DNA of 37,879 nucleotides from an uncultured Lentimicrobiaceae bacterium (GCA_964470665.1 CAYYDS010000002.1:1-37879), one strand, 5' to 3'. Positions 1-9,572 are shown, counted from the stretch's first letter. Numbers and translations are program-made. Notes: a model not told the origin generated them from the sequence alone.

Positions 1-165
1 TCCGTTTCTGCAAGCAAACAATCTGGGGATGTTACAGAATCTATCAGTAGGAATTATTCCCTAAATGGTACTTGTAATCCCCCAGCTTCTGTAACAGCCA
101 CATTTACAGAGGCTTTTAACACAGCTGTAAGAGCAGATATTATTAACCTTGCAAAGGCTCTTTAG
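1..165 (+). CDS. 3' end of an unidentified protein gene (partial, enters from left edge)
   Basis: Frame 1 is open from base 1 to TAG 163-165 (...TEAFNTAVRADIINLAKAL*). The stop abuts the next start (TAGTATG). Less AT-rich than the rest of the window. Confidence 0.6.
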   Translation, partial: SVSASKQSGDVTESISRNYSLNGTCNPPASVTATFTEAFNTAVRADIINLAKAL

Positions 166-166
166 T

Positions 167-649
167 ATGAAAGCAGGTAATCTATATAAGATACAAGAGT
201 TAATTAACAATATTAACCTTAAAGGTGCAAACAAGGACTTCGCTCTTTCATTAATGAAAACAAGAATAAACCTTATTCCTCATGTAAAAGGAATTAATGA
301 AAAATTAGAACAGGCACATAAAGATGCTTTTCCTGAGGATTATCGTGCAAGGGAGGAAAAGTATAATGAAGCTGTGAAGGAATACCAAGCTGCAAAAGAA
401 AAGGGTGAGAATATTTCTAAATTAGAGAGGAAAGTCTCTAAACTTTATGATGATATATCTCCAGAAATGCAATCTAATAATAATACTTATAATGAATTGG
501 TTAAAACCATTTTTGATGAGGATATAGAGGTTGCTATATTTCCAGTCACTTTAGAAGATTTACTTCAAGCTATTGAAAAGACAGACAGGATATCTTACAT
601 AAATGCTGAGCACATTGAAGCTTTAGAGAAAATATGTAAGGTTGAATAA
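167..649 (+). CDS. hypothetical helical/coiled-coil protein, 160 aa
   Basis: ATG 167 two bases after the upstream TAG; the track ORF 149..649 starts at a TTG that overlaps the upstream gene. TAA stop 647-649. No TGA and no Trp codon. E/K-rich helical composition. Confidence 0.75.
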   Translation: MKAGNLYKIQELINNINLKGANKDFALSLMKTRINLIPHVKGINEKLEQAHKDAFPEDYRAREEKYNEAVKEYQAAKEKGENISKLERKVSKLYDDISPEMQSNNNTYNELVKTIFDEDIEVAIFPVTLEDLLQAIEKTDRISYINAEHIEALEKICKVE

Positions 650-911
650 CTACAACTATAAATTTATAGGGGTCACAACAAATTACTTTAAACGGAAGTA
701 ATCAATTAGTTACAATAGAAAGCGAGAATATATTAACTGATATTCCATATAGTACAGAAAAAGCTATCGTAGAAATTACTGGACTTGATAGTTGAGAGGT
801 AAATTTACCAGCTAATTATGTAGGATAATAACTAACATATAATTAGTATAAACAGATATACTGAAGAAATAGATAATTCGATTAAACAAAAAATCAAATT
901 TTTAAAATCAC

Positions 912-1310
912 ATGTTAGAATTTTTAATTAATAATTGAGTGCAATTATCTACTACTTTAGGTATTATAATAGCCTTCTTTGTCGAGCGGAAGAAACGGCG
1001 TGCAGAATCAGATGAAGCCCAATCTTCCGCCTTAACAAAGATGCAGACAGCGTATGATAAATTTGTCACAGACAGTAATAAAAAAATAGATGAATTATTA
1101 GAAAGAATTAAAGAATTAGATAAACTAGTTGAGATATATAGAAAAGAAAAAAATGAATTGACTGAGAAAATAGAAAGTTTAGAAAAACAATCAACCGATG
1201 ACCAAAGAACAATAGAGGAATTTGGTGAAAAAATAAAGTCTCAAGATAGATTAATCAAAGAACAAAAACGAAGAATAGGTACTTTAGAAGAACAAATAAA
1301 AAGAATATAG
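912..1310 (+). CDS. single-pass membrane protein with long coiled coil (spanin-like or holin-regulator-like; lysis-module candidate), 132 aa
   Basis: ATG 912, with in-frame TAA at 903 upstream. Track ORF 939..1310 begins just after in-frame TGA 936-938. With TGA=Trp the N-terminus is MLEFLINNWVQLSTTLGIIIAFFVERKKRR (hydrophobic helix plus positive cluster), followed by heptad-like E/K-rich sequence. TAG stop 1308-1310. Confidence 0.7.
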
Positions 1311-1312
1311 TT

Positions 1313-1606
1313 ATGATATTTGAAATAATTAAATTAGTCGGTTGAAGTATTGTGTTAATACTATTAGGTATTTTTAAAGGAACAATTCCTCTTAAACATT
1401 TTTATTCAATGCTTTGTTCTACCATTTTAATGCTATATGTTATTATAGATGGTATAATTAGTCATCAGATTTACGATTTATATGTGCGAGATTTTGGCAA
1501 TATAGCTATAATTATAACCTTTATTTTTTATATATTTAATTATTCTAAAGAATTTGATTGAATAGAGGATTATAAAGCTGGTAAAAAAGGATTAAAAATT
1601 GATTAG
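1313..1606 (+). CDS. small 3-TM membrane protein (class I holin-like), 97 aa
   Basis: ATG 1313 two bases after the previous stop. In-frame TGA at 1343-1345 and 1559-1561; TAG stop 1604-1606. Three hydrophobic segments (LVGWSIVLILLGIF, MLCSTILMLYVIIDGII, GNIAIIITFIFYIF) and a charged C-terminal tail. Confidence 0.65.
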
Positions 1607-1628
1607 ATATATTCCCCTTTTAAAACAA

Positions 1629-1835
1629 ATGCTTATGAACAAAAAACAAATTTTAAGATCAATTGCACTATTTTTCATAGTGTTCATTCCATTTATCGCA
1701 GGGATAGTCTGTAAAGAACTATCAAACAATCTTTTTGAAATTATAATTGGTTGGTCAACAATGGCTATCCAAGTAGGAGTAGGAATATGATTGTTACGCA
1801 AAGATCCTAAAAAGATTAAAGAAAAAACTGAATAA
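1629..1835 (+). CDS. small 2-TM membrane protein with basic C-terminus (class II holin-like), 68 aa
   Basis: ATG 1629 (alternative TTG 1599 overlaps the previous gene). In-frame TGA 1788-1790; TAA stop 1833-1835. TM1 SIALFFIVFIPFIAGIV, TM2 LFEIIIGWSTMAIQVGVGIWLL, then RKDPKKIKEKTE. Confidence 0.65.
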
Positions 1836-1914
1836 TTCAGTTTAGATTAAAAAGTTGCAGATTAAATATAATTTTTCAATTAAAAAGATAATTTATAATA
1901 AATTTTTAGATTTA

Positions 1915-1968
1915 TTTGGAATATTGAGAAATTATATTTAATTTTGCAACAATGAATTAATGTTTAAT
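1915..1968 (+). promoter_or_regulatory. Bacteroidota-type promoter P1: TTTG(-33)-N20-TAATTTTG(-7) plus downstream AATGTTTAAT box
   Basis: TTTG 1915-1918, 20-nt spacer, TAnnTTTG 1939-1946, 12 nt, AATGTTTAAT 1959-1968. Sits in the 151-nt non-coding gap before gene 1987. Geometry is identical to P2 at 20899-20952. Confidence 0.6.
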
Positions 1969-1986
1969 ATATAAAAGAAAAAAGCA

Positions 1987-2373
1987 ATGGTAAATTTAGA
2001 GTTATTAAATTTTCAACAGATTCTTTCCAATAGTAAAACTAAAGGGATTGATCACGAAGATTCCATTAAATGGATTAAGATTAAAAGAGAATGGACAAAG
2101 AAGATTGAAGAGTTTCAAGAAATTAATAAAGAATTAGTATCAACTAATAATATTAAAGTTTCTGATTCTGGAAAAATTGATACAGATAATACAAGTAAAG
2201 AAGATTTGTCTAATTACAATAAATCTTTTTCTAAGCTATTAACCGAAGAAATTACTTTTTCAACAATAGGTAAATTGAAAACTGATACTATTTTTACATT
2301 AAGAGATTTAAATGATTGGGATAGTGAAGTATTAGATTTAATATTGAAAAATTTTGGTAATGAACTAGAATAA
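1987..2373 (+). CDS. hypothetical protein, 128 aa
   Basis: ATG 1987, TAA stop. First gene after P1. All 3 Trp are TGG; no TGA. Confidence 0.75.
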   Translation: MVNLELLNFQQILSNSKTKGIDHEDSIKWIKIKREWTKKIEEFQEINKELVSTNNIKVSDSGKIDTDNTSKEDLSNYNKSFSKLLTEEITFSTIGKLKTDTIFTLRDLNDWDSEVLDLILKNFGNELE

Positions 2374-2378
2374 ATACT

Positions 2379-2666
2379 ATGCAAACAACAAACATTACAA
2401 CAAACGTTAATTGTACACACGTAATTGACGGAATTAATATAAATATAAATTACAGTTTTAATGCGTCTGCTCCAATAACAATTAGAGTAGACTGTAATAA
2501 ATCAAGTGAAGGAGTTTATATTAATGTAAATAGAGAGTATTCTGCTAATGGCACTTATACTCCTACACAATCTTCTAAACCTTTTGGTGAAGAATTTGAT
2601 ACAAAACTAGCTACTTTAATGATAGCTGTTTTTGAAAATTATACCGATCCTTCCTTGGTTCAATAA
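2379..2666 (+). CDS. hypothetical protein, 95 aa
   Basis: ATG 2379 five bases after the previous stop; TAA stop. No Trp codons. Confidence 0.65.
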   Translation: MQTTNITTNVNCTHVIDGINININYSFNASAPITIRVDCNKSSEGVYINVNREYSANGTYTPTQSSKPFGEEFDTKLATLMIAVFENYTDPSLVQ

Positions 2667-2691
2667 AAACAAATAAATAAAATGAATTAAT

Positions 2692-3735
2692 ATGTCAAAT
2701 GGATTAGATTTCTACGGATTAGATGATCAATTACAATCTATAGTAGAGCCAACTGAAAAAATTCCCGTTCAAGAGGGAACAATAGAACCACATATTACAG
2801 ATCCTCAGATACAATACGATGATGACGATTTAATCGGAAGAGTATTATTATCAAAAGGAATTTCAGATTTTAATAAAATAAAATTTGAAAATGATAATGG
2901 TGAGATAGAAGAAAAAAACTGAAATGATTTATCAATAGATGAACAATTCAATATAATAAATTCTTCAGATGTAGATCAAGATTACGGGTTAGACGATGAT
3001 GAGATTAATCTTATTAATGTAATAAGATCAAATAATATGACAGTTGATGAGTTTATCAACGTTGTACGAAATCAATCTCAAACTCAACCAGAAGAACTCG
3101 ACCAATTCACAATAGACCAATTTTCGGATGATGAATTGTACGTAACAGATATGCAAGCAAAATTTCCTGATTTAACAGAAGAAGAAATTTTAAATTCTTT
3201 AGAACATGATAAATCAAATTCGGCATTATTTGATAAAAAAATGAATAATTTGAGAAATGAATACAAAGAATTAGAAAGATTGAAAATAGAACAGGAATTG
3301 GCTGAACAAGAAGCAGCTTTTCAAGAACAGCAAGAAATATTTCAAAATTCTGTAGTTGAAGCTCTTAATAATATTAATACTAGTACTATTGGAGGTTTTC
3401 AATTAGATTTGAGCGATAATGATATGCAAGGGATTTACGATTTTCTAACTCAAACAGATAGAGGAAACGTAAGATATTTAGCAAAAGCGTTAAATGATCC
3501 TAATACTCTTGTTAAGATGGCATGGTTTGCTATTAAAGGAGATGAAGCATTACAGGATATTAAAAACTATTATAGTAGAGAAATATCATCTGTGGCTAAA
3601 ACAAATTACGAAAAAGGTCTCTTAGACGGTAAGAAACAACAATCTGGAACTTTATTCGTAACAAATAATAAAAATAATAATAAAAGTACAGGTGGAGTAA
3701 AATCCCACAGTACTCTTTTTAAAGACGACTTTTAA
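2692..3735 (+). CDS. acidic coiled-coil protein, scaffolding-protein candidate, 347 aa
   Basis: Track ORFs 2692..2922 and 3037..3735 share frame 1 and are joined through TGA 2920-2922 with no TAA/TAG between. Very acidic N-terminal half, coiled-coil stretch (EYKELERLKIEQELAEQEAAFQEQQEIFQ). Lies directly upstream of the capsid-sized gene. Confidence 0.55.
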
Positions 3736-3749
3736 AATTAATAAAAATT

Positions 3750-5171
3750 ATGTTAGTAGCAAATTTTACAACCGTAAGACCAACAATGGGTGATACCCGT
3801 ACATATGCAGACTTTACTAAATTCTTGGGTGATAAACCTACTAGATTAGGTATTGTAGCTAGTATGTATGAAGATAATACCCTTACATATTTAACTGAAT
3901 CTCTTAAAAACATTGTGTACATGAGTGCAAAATCTGACGAAAAATATCGTAAGATTAATTCAATGTATTTTGAGTGGGAAGTTAAAAATGCTCAGATTAA
4001 AAGAATTGCATTTGCAGCAGTCCCTACTGATAATGGAGCAAATGGTTCTGAAATAGATATGGTATTTACTGAAAATTATTTCCAGAAATACGATATATTT
4101 AAAATAGAAAAAACTAGACAACAGTGTATTGTTCTTTATAGACCTATTAGAATTAGTGACGCATCTTGGAAAGTAACTGTACGTTTGATCGATAATGATT
4201 ATCGTAGCGTGCTTGATACATCTGGTTGTCAAATTGGTGATACTTGTGTATTCCAGTCAGTAGCTATGCCTGAAATGCATGAAGAAGGTTACGCAAAATA
4301 TCAAAGTTCTATCGAAAGACATCGTGGTTATATTACTACCCATCGTGTTGATGATAGTTGGTCAGCAGTTTATGCAGCTACCGAAGATATGTTTGTTCGT
4401 ATAGCAACAGGAAGTGATGAGAAAGATAAAAAAGAATCTGTATATCAAATGAATAGTAAAGAAAAAGATTTGTTAGACAATTTCATGTTCGTTAAGAATA
4501 GTGGACTTTTGTTTAATAAAACTAACGTAGATGCTAATGGTAGAGTTACTATTAGTGATCCCGATACTAATCGTCCTATTTACATTGGTGATGGTGCTAT
4601 TCCTCAGATTGAAAGATTTGCTGATAAATATGGTTATAATAACTTAACCGTAGATGTACTTCAGACAGTTCTTTCTATGATGAATGGAAAATCTGAGTCT
4701 CCTACTGGAAACCATTACGTATTTTTATGTAATGATAAATTCTGGACTGACGCTCAGAAGAAACTTCTCTCTTATCTTTCAGCATTTCAAGCTGACGGTA
4801 CATATTTGTGGTCAAAGGTAGAAAACGATTATATCAAAGTAGGTGCTACTTTTGATTCTTATGTTTTCGGTGGAAATACAATTAGTTTCAAAGTAGATAG
4901 AACTTATTCTAGAGAATATGGTTCAAATAAAGGATTCGCTACTTGCTTTAACTTAACTAAAGATAAAACTTCAGGAACTCCTGCTATTGAAATGTTTACA
5001 TTGAAAGGTGGAGACTTTATTACAAATAAGTTTGTAGGTGTTGGGGGTTATGATGGTTTGACATCAGGTTTAGTTTCTAGTGCTGTTGCTGGATCAAAAC
5101 TTATATATTGGGGATATAGCGGAATCGCCGTTTACAATCCTTATAGATCATTTATACTTTTTGAAGTGTAG
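3750..5171 (+). CDS. major capsid protein candidate, 473 aa
   Basis: Uninterrupted 473-aa ORF. Less biased codon usage; 6 TGG and 0 TGA. Tandem TAG-TAA stops, followed by a strong hairpin terminator. Positioned after the scaffold-like gene. Assigned from size, position and expression signals, not from a recognised motif. Confidence 0.55.
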   Translation: MLVANFTTVRPTMGDTRTYADFTKFLGDKPTRLGIVASMYEDNTLTYLTESLKNIVYMSAKSDEKYRKINSMYFEWEVKNAQIKRIAFAAVPTDNGANGSEIDMVFTENYFQKYDIFKIEKTRQQCIVLYRPIRISDASWKVTVRLIDNDYRSVLDTSGCQIGDTCVFQSVAMPEMHEEGYAKYQSSIERHRGYITTHRVDDSWSAVYAATEDMFVRIATGSDEKDKKESVYQMNSKEKDLLDNFMFVKNSGLLFNKTNVDANGRVTISDPDTNRPIYIGDGAIPQIERFADKYGYNNLTVDVLQTVLSMMNGKSESPTGNHYVFLCNDKFWTDAQKKLLSYLSAFQADGTYLWSKVENDYIKVGATFDSYVFGGNTISFKVDRTYSREYGSNKGFATCFNLTKDKTSGTPAIEMFTLKGGDFITNKFVGVGGYDGLTSGLVSSAVAGSKLIYWGYSGIAVYNPYRSFILFEV

Positions 5172-5187
5172 TAAATAAATAAGAAAA

Positions 5188-5230
5188 AGAAAGAAATTCT
5201 CTATGAATTTAAATAGAGAATTTCTTTTTA
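5188..5230 (+). terminator. intrinsic terminator hairpin after the capsid-sized gene
   Basis: Perfect inverted repeat AAGAAATTCTCTAT (5191-5204) / ATAGAGAATTTCTT (5213-5226), extendable by flanking A/T pairs. 8-nt loop GAATTTAA; runs into a T tract. Confidence 0.7.
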
Positions 5231-5246
5231 AAAAATATGAATTAAT

Positions 5247-6074
5247 ATGGAAAATGCAAGAAGAAACCTTATCGTTTTAAGAAGCGTATACCCTAAATCA
5301 GGAAATAAGATTATAACTAATCCAGTTAAAGATCCTAAAACAGGAAGATATCCCGATTGTGTTAAAGCAGTTAATAGTAATAATGATATGATATTAACTG
5401 ATAAAGAAATTAACAGTGGAAGATATTTTATAAAAGAAACTGAGATATTTGTATTAGAGGAAGGTAAAACGTTTGATTTATCAGATGAAATAGAATCAGC
5501 TCAATGAGATGCTGTTAAAAATAATCCTCTAATTGCTCCAGATCGTGATGCGAGAGATGCTCAAGGAAATCTAATTATAGATGGTGGAGAAACAAGATAT
5601 GGTAGAGCCGAGTTATATATTGAAAAACCTGGTTACGAATCACAGAAGAAAGTATCTAAGAAACGTTTAATTAAAGATGCGTTAACTTATATATTTGAAG
5701 ATAGTAATGAAGGATTAGTTACCAAATGTAAACTATTAGGTAAAAATATGAGTAATATTCCAATTCCTGATGTGCAGGATTATTTAATTGGAGTATCTGA
5801 GAAAAATCCCGAAATTATTATCGAATTATATACTGGAACAGATACTAATTTAAGATTGTTATTCGTGGAAGCTAAAGAAAAACGAGTAATATTTATAAAA
5901 GATAAACTATATATGTATGGAGAAGGTATAGTGTTGGGTGCTTCAGATAGTGCTGCAATTACTTGAATGAAAGAACCTAAAAATAAGAAAATGCTTAAGA
6001 TGATTGAGCAAGATACTTATCCTGATCTTTTTCCTGCAGAAGTAGTAGAAGAAAAAGCAAAAGACAAAAAATAA
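5247..6074 (+). CDS. hypothetical head-module protein, 275 aa
   Basis: Track ORFs 5247..5507 and 5748..5966 (frame 0) join through TGA 5505-5507 and 5964-5966. TAA TAA at 6072. No TAA/TAG in the gaps. Confidence 0.8.
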
Positions 6075-6080
6075 TAAAAA

Positions 6081-7313
6081 ATGACATCAAGACAAGTATA
6101 TGAAGCTACACTGATAGAGTGTAATCAAACATCTGCTACATCACTTTTGTTAGAAGATTATAATTATTTAATAAATAAAGCCATATATCAGTATATAGAT
6201 AAAAGATATAATTTGTATGATATTAATCAACAATTAAGTGATGATTTAAGAGTATTAAAAAGTACTTGTATATTAACTCCTACTTTGTCTGATGATTATC
6301 CTACTAATTCTATATTTGGTGCCACTTACGAAGTAAATTTACCAGACGATTATTTTCATGTACTTAATTGTATTTGTGAGTATAATATAACAAAACAATT
6401 TAAATGTTATGACGCCAATAGTAGATGAGCACAATCTGCTAAAAGATTAACTTCTGATATGTGGTCTCAAGTTATTAATAATGCTTATAATAAACCTAGT
6501 TATAGAAATCCTTATTTCTTTATTCATAATGTAAATTCTCAAATTGGTTTACCTACTAATTCTTATACTCCTCAAAGAGGAACAGATGTTAATCTAAGTA
6601 CTAGTAACTTTAGAGGTACTATTACTTGTACTACAGCTACTAATTTAACAATTAATGGTGAAACTGTTACAAATTTTATTGGAACAGGTAGTTATGAAGG
6701 AGCAACATCAGTAGATATTAGTAATAATACTATTAGTGGTGGAACTATGATTTTAGTTGGATCATTTACTGTAGTTACTGCTGATCAAAGTAGTATTGGT
6801 GAGTTTAGTGGAACAGCTACTGCTAGTGGACCTAACACTGTTTATTCTAATAATTCTGTTATTAAAATAAATGTTACATCTGCTGTATTAGTGAATAATA
6901 TTTATAGTAAAGAAGCTATTACACTAACTATTCCTCAAAATTCTATAACATTAGGTAATGGAAGTACTTTGAATACTGTTGAAAGAACAGGAGGTCATCG
7001 TTTCGGAAATGTAACAAGAGTACGATTAGAAATTAGATATGGAAAAGATAATTCTTTATTTCAATTAGATAAAGTGTATGTTGATTATTTAAAAACACCT
7101 CAACACATTAGATTAACACCACTTCAATTAGACACAACGGAAGATACTTCTCAAGTATTAGAATTTCCCGATTATGTCTGCCAAGAGATCATAAAAGAGT
7201 TAGTAATACTTGTTATGGAAAATTCAAGTAATCCTAGATTACAAACAAATATTCCTATTAATCAAGCAATTCCTTCTCAAACACAACAAACACAACAAAC
7301 ACAAAATAATTAA
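6081..7313 (+). CDS. hypothetical virion protein with T/S/G/N-rich insertion domain, 410 aa
   Basis: Track ORFs 6081..6428 and 6459..7313 (frame 0) join through TGA 6426-6428. The middle ~180 aa are Thr/Ser/Gly/Asn-rich and beta-like. C-terminus ends in (QTQ)x3 NN. TAA TAA stop. Confidence 0.8.
7278..7304 (+). repeat. 3 x 9-nt in-frame tandem repeat CAAACACAA (QTQ QTQ QTQ) at the C-terminus of gene 6081..7313
   Basis: Direct reading: caaacacaa caaacacaa caaacacaa, then aataattaa. Confidence 0.9.
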
Positions 7314-7318
7314 TAATT

Positions 7319-8128
7319 ATGTTTAATTTTACAACAACAACCGTTTTTAATACAGCAGATAGTTTTAGTGCAGTATCTGGTAAACTTACTGTAAAAGGTA
7401 TAGGTACTTTCAAAAAAAATGAAGCAGTTTTTAAGAAAACCGCAGGTGCTGCTGGAGTAGCTCCTGTTTTAACAGCAACACCTACTGGAAATGCTGACGC
7501 AACAACAGCAGGATTATATAGATTAACACTTAGTATTAAACTAGTAGATAGTATGGAAACTAGTTTTAATAATAGTTTATCAGATTCAACCAAAGTGTCT
7601 TATTTTGAATTTAATGTAGCTAATGGAGATACTGTCGCAGATATTAGTGAAAATATAGCAGATTTAGTTAATTTTAATCGTTTTGGTCCACAATCACTTG
7701 TGGTAGCCACACATACTGCTAATAAAGCTACTATTACTGGAGCTAATCCTTATTTAGTTTTCAACAATTATGTTATTGAGAAATATAACACAACTACTGA
7801 TATATGGGCTGCTTCGAGTTATATTACTTTAGGTTATACTCCCTCTTCTAGAGGTTTGGGTACTTATGAATTTTTGATTAAAAATATTGTATTACCTACT
7901 TCAGAAAATCTAAGATTTAGTGCCCCTGTTGGTGATATGCCAATTAAAGGTGCTACATATACACAATATGTTTTTACTCTTACTAAACCTAGAGTTGGAA
8001 TAGGATCATCCGTAGTTGGTGAGAAGAATACTTCTATTACTAAACACGTATGTTATGTTCTCTCTGGCGCTGTTACTACAACTGTAGATGGTCTTATTAC
8101 TACATCTACTATTGACGCAGAAGTGTAA
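7319..8128 (+). CDS. abundant structural protein candidate (decoration, auxiliary capsid or fibre-like), 269 aa
   Basis: Uninterrupted ORF with no TGA (single Trp is TGG). T/A/G/V-rich beta-like sequence. Followed by the only GC-rich hairpin terminator in the region. Confidence 0.6.
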   Translation: MFNFTTTTVFNTADSFSAVSGKLTVKGIGTFKKNEAVFKKTAGAAGVAPVLTATPTGNADATTAGLYRLTLSIKLVDSMETSFNNSLSDSTKVSYFEFNVANGDTVADISENIADLVNFNRFGPQSLVVATHTANKATITGANPYLVFNNYVIEKYNTTTDIWAASSYITLGYTPSSRGLGTYEFLIKNIVLPTSENLRFSAPVGDMPIKGATYTQYVFTLTKPRVGIGSSVVGEKNTSITKHVCYVLSGAVTTTVDGLITTSTIDAEV

Positions 8129-8158
8129 AAATAAGAAAGGATGGATGGTGAAAGCCAA

Positions 8159-8195
8159 GGGCATCCCGTAAAAAGGGTGCCCACCTTTTCTTTTT
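8159..8195 (+). terminator. intrinsic terminator (GC-rich hairpin plus T tract)
   Basis: GGGCA(T)CCC 8159-8167 pairs with GGGTGCCC 8175-8182. 7-nt loop GTAAAAA, then ACCTTTTCTTTTT. Confidence 0.8.
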
Positions 8196-8223
8196 AATAA
8201 AATAATTTAATAAATTAAATAAA

Positions 8224-8889
8224 ATGTTATATAGTAAATTAGCTTCAGCAATATATAATGATATAGTATCTGGTTTATCTGGATATACTTCTGTTCCAAA
8301 CATTTCTATGGAGCAGTTAGAAGATGATATTGTAGATGAAAGACTAAAAGTAATTCAAGAAATAATGGTTTCTGGAAAATTACAGAAAGAAGATTTACTA
8401 TTGACTATACCTTGTATTAAAACAAATTGTGATTCAATAGATAAATGTAATAAATGTATTAATGATAATACAGCCAATAAATTTCCAACATTACATTTTG
8501 AAATACCACAATTTATATTAATTGATTATATTGGTTCAACGGATAAACAAAATCCATTTATAGTATATACTAATTTATATGAATGAAATTATCATAAATA
8601 TAGAAAAAGATTTCATAATAAACCAGTAGTTTTTGTAGATAGTACTCCTAATAGTAATAATTTCTGTGATTGTTGAGTATTTAATGCTCCTTTATTAAGA
8701 GAAGTTACAGTAATAGGGATATTTAAAGATGTAAAACAATTAGAATTTTATGGTTGTTGTCCAGATGAGGAAATACGTAATTTCACTTATATAGACAATG
8801 AAGTAAAAAAGAGATTAACTCAAAAGAAATTGATGTTTTATCGTCAATATTCTAAGCATGTTGAACCAAACGATCAAGCACCTAAATAA
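8224..8889 (+). CDS. Cys-rich hypothetical virion/neck protein, 221 aa
   Basis: Track ORF 8224..8586 continues in frame 1 through TGA 8584-8586 and a second TGA (about 8674) to TAA 8887-8889. Several Cys clusters (CIKTNCDSIDKCNKC, CDCW, GCCP). Confidence 0.75.
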
Positions 8890-9572
8890 TGAAGACTAAT
8901 GATTTTTATGCAGCGTTATATGAAGCAAATTTATTATACGGTATTACTTTATCTGATGATAAGTTTGAGGAAATAGGACTAATAGGTTGAAATAAAATAG
9001 GAAATAAATCTACTAGACTATATCATTATTTTACTACTCCAATAAATGGGGAAGTTGCTTTGCCATGTAATTGTGATATTATAGAAGCAGTTTGTTATAC
9101 TTTTGAATCTATTGAACATAATAAATTAGAATCTGGATTTAATAATGATTCTGGTAATACTGAACATTTTATTGAAGCACAAAAAATATTAAAAAATCCA
9201 TTATATATTAGTGGAGATTATGTAAAATATCGTGAGATAGGTGATTATATATATGTTGATGAAGATATTCCTTTACACATATTATACCATGGTGTTCAAT
9301 TAGATAATAGAGATTTACCTTATTTAAATGATCGTGAAGTAAGTGCTATAGCAGCATATGTTGCTTTTGTATTAGCTAGAAAAGAATATTATATTAATAT
9401 GAATAGAGAAGTATTACAAAAAGCAATGCATTTAGAAGCAGAATGAAAAAAATTATGTAATTTAGCTAGAGTACCAGATCATTTAAATCAAAATGATATG
9501 AACAATATTTTAGAAGCTAAATATAATTGAAATAGAAAGATATTTAACAAGTCATATAAACCTTTAAAATAA
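8889..9572 (+). CDS. hypothetical head-tail joining region protein, 227 aa
   Basis: ATG 8889 overlaps the previous stop (TAATG). Frame 0 through TGA 8988-8990, 9444-9446 and one more near 9528. TAA 9570-9572. Absorbs track ORF 9060..9446. Confidence 0.75.

Noticed and set aside
149-166. TTG 149 as the start of the first complete gene
   Set aside because: It overlaps the end of the upstream gene. ATG 167 follows the upstream TAG by one base, like the other coupled junctions in the window.
650-911. A tRNA (e.g. a suppressor) hidden in the non-coding gaps 650-911, 1836-1986, 8129-8223 and 20863-20994
   Set aside because: I found no cloverleaf-compatible arms. The only TTCGA-like string (about 887-893) has no flanking complementary stem. 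A suppressor tRNA, if present, must lie outside this window.
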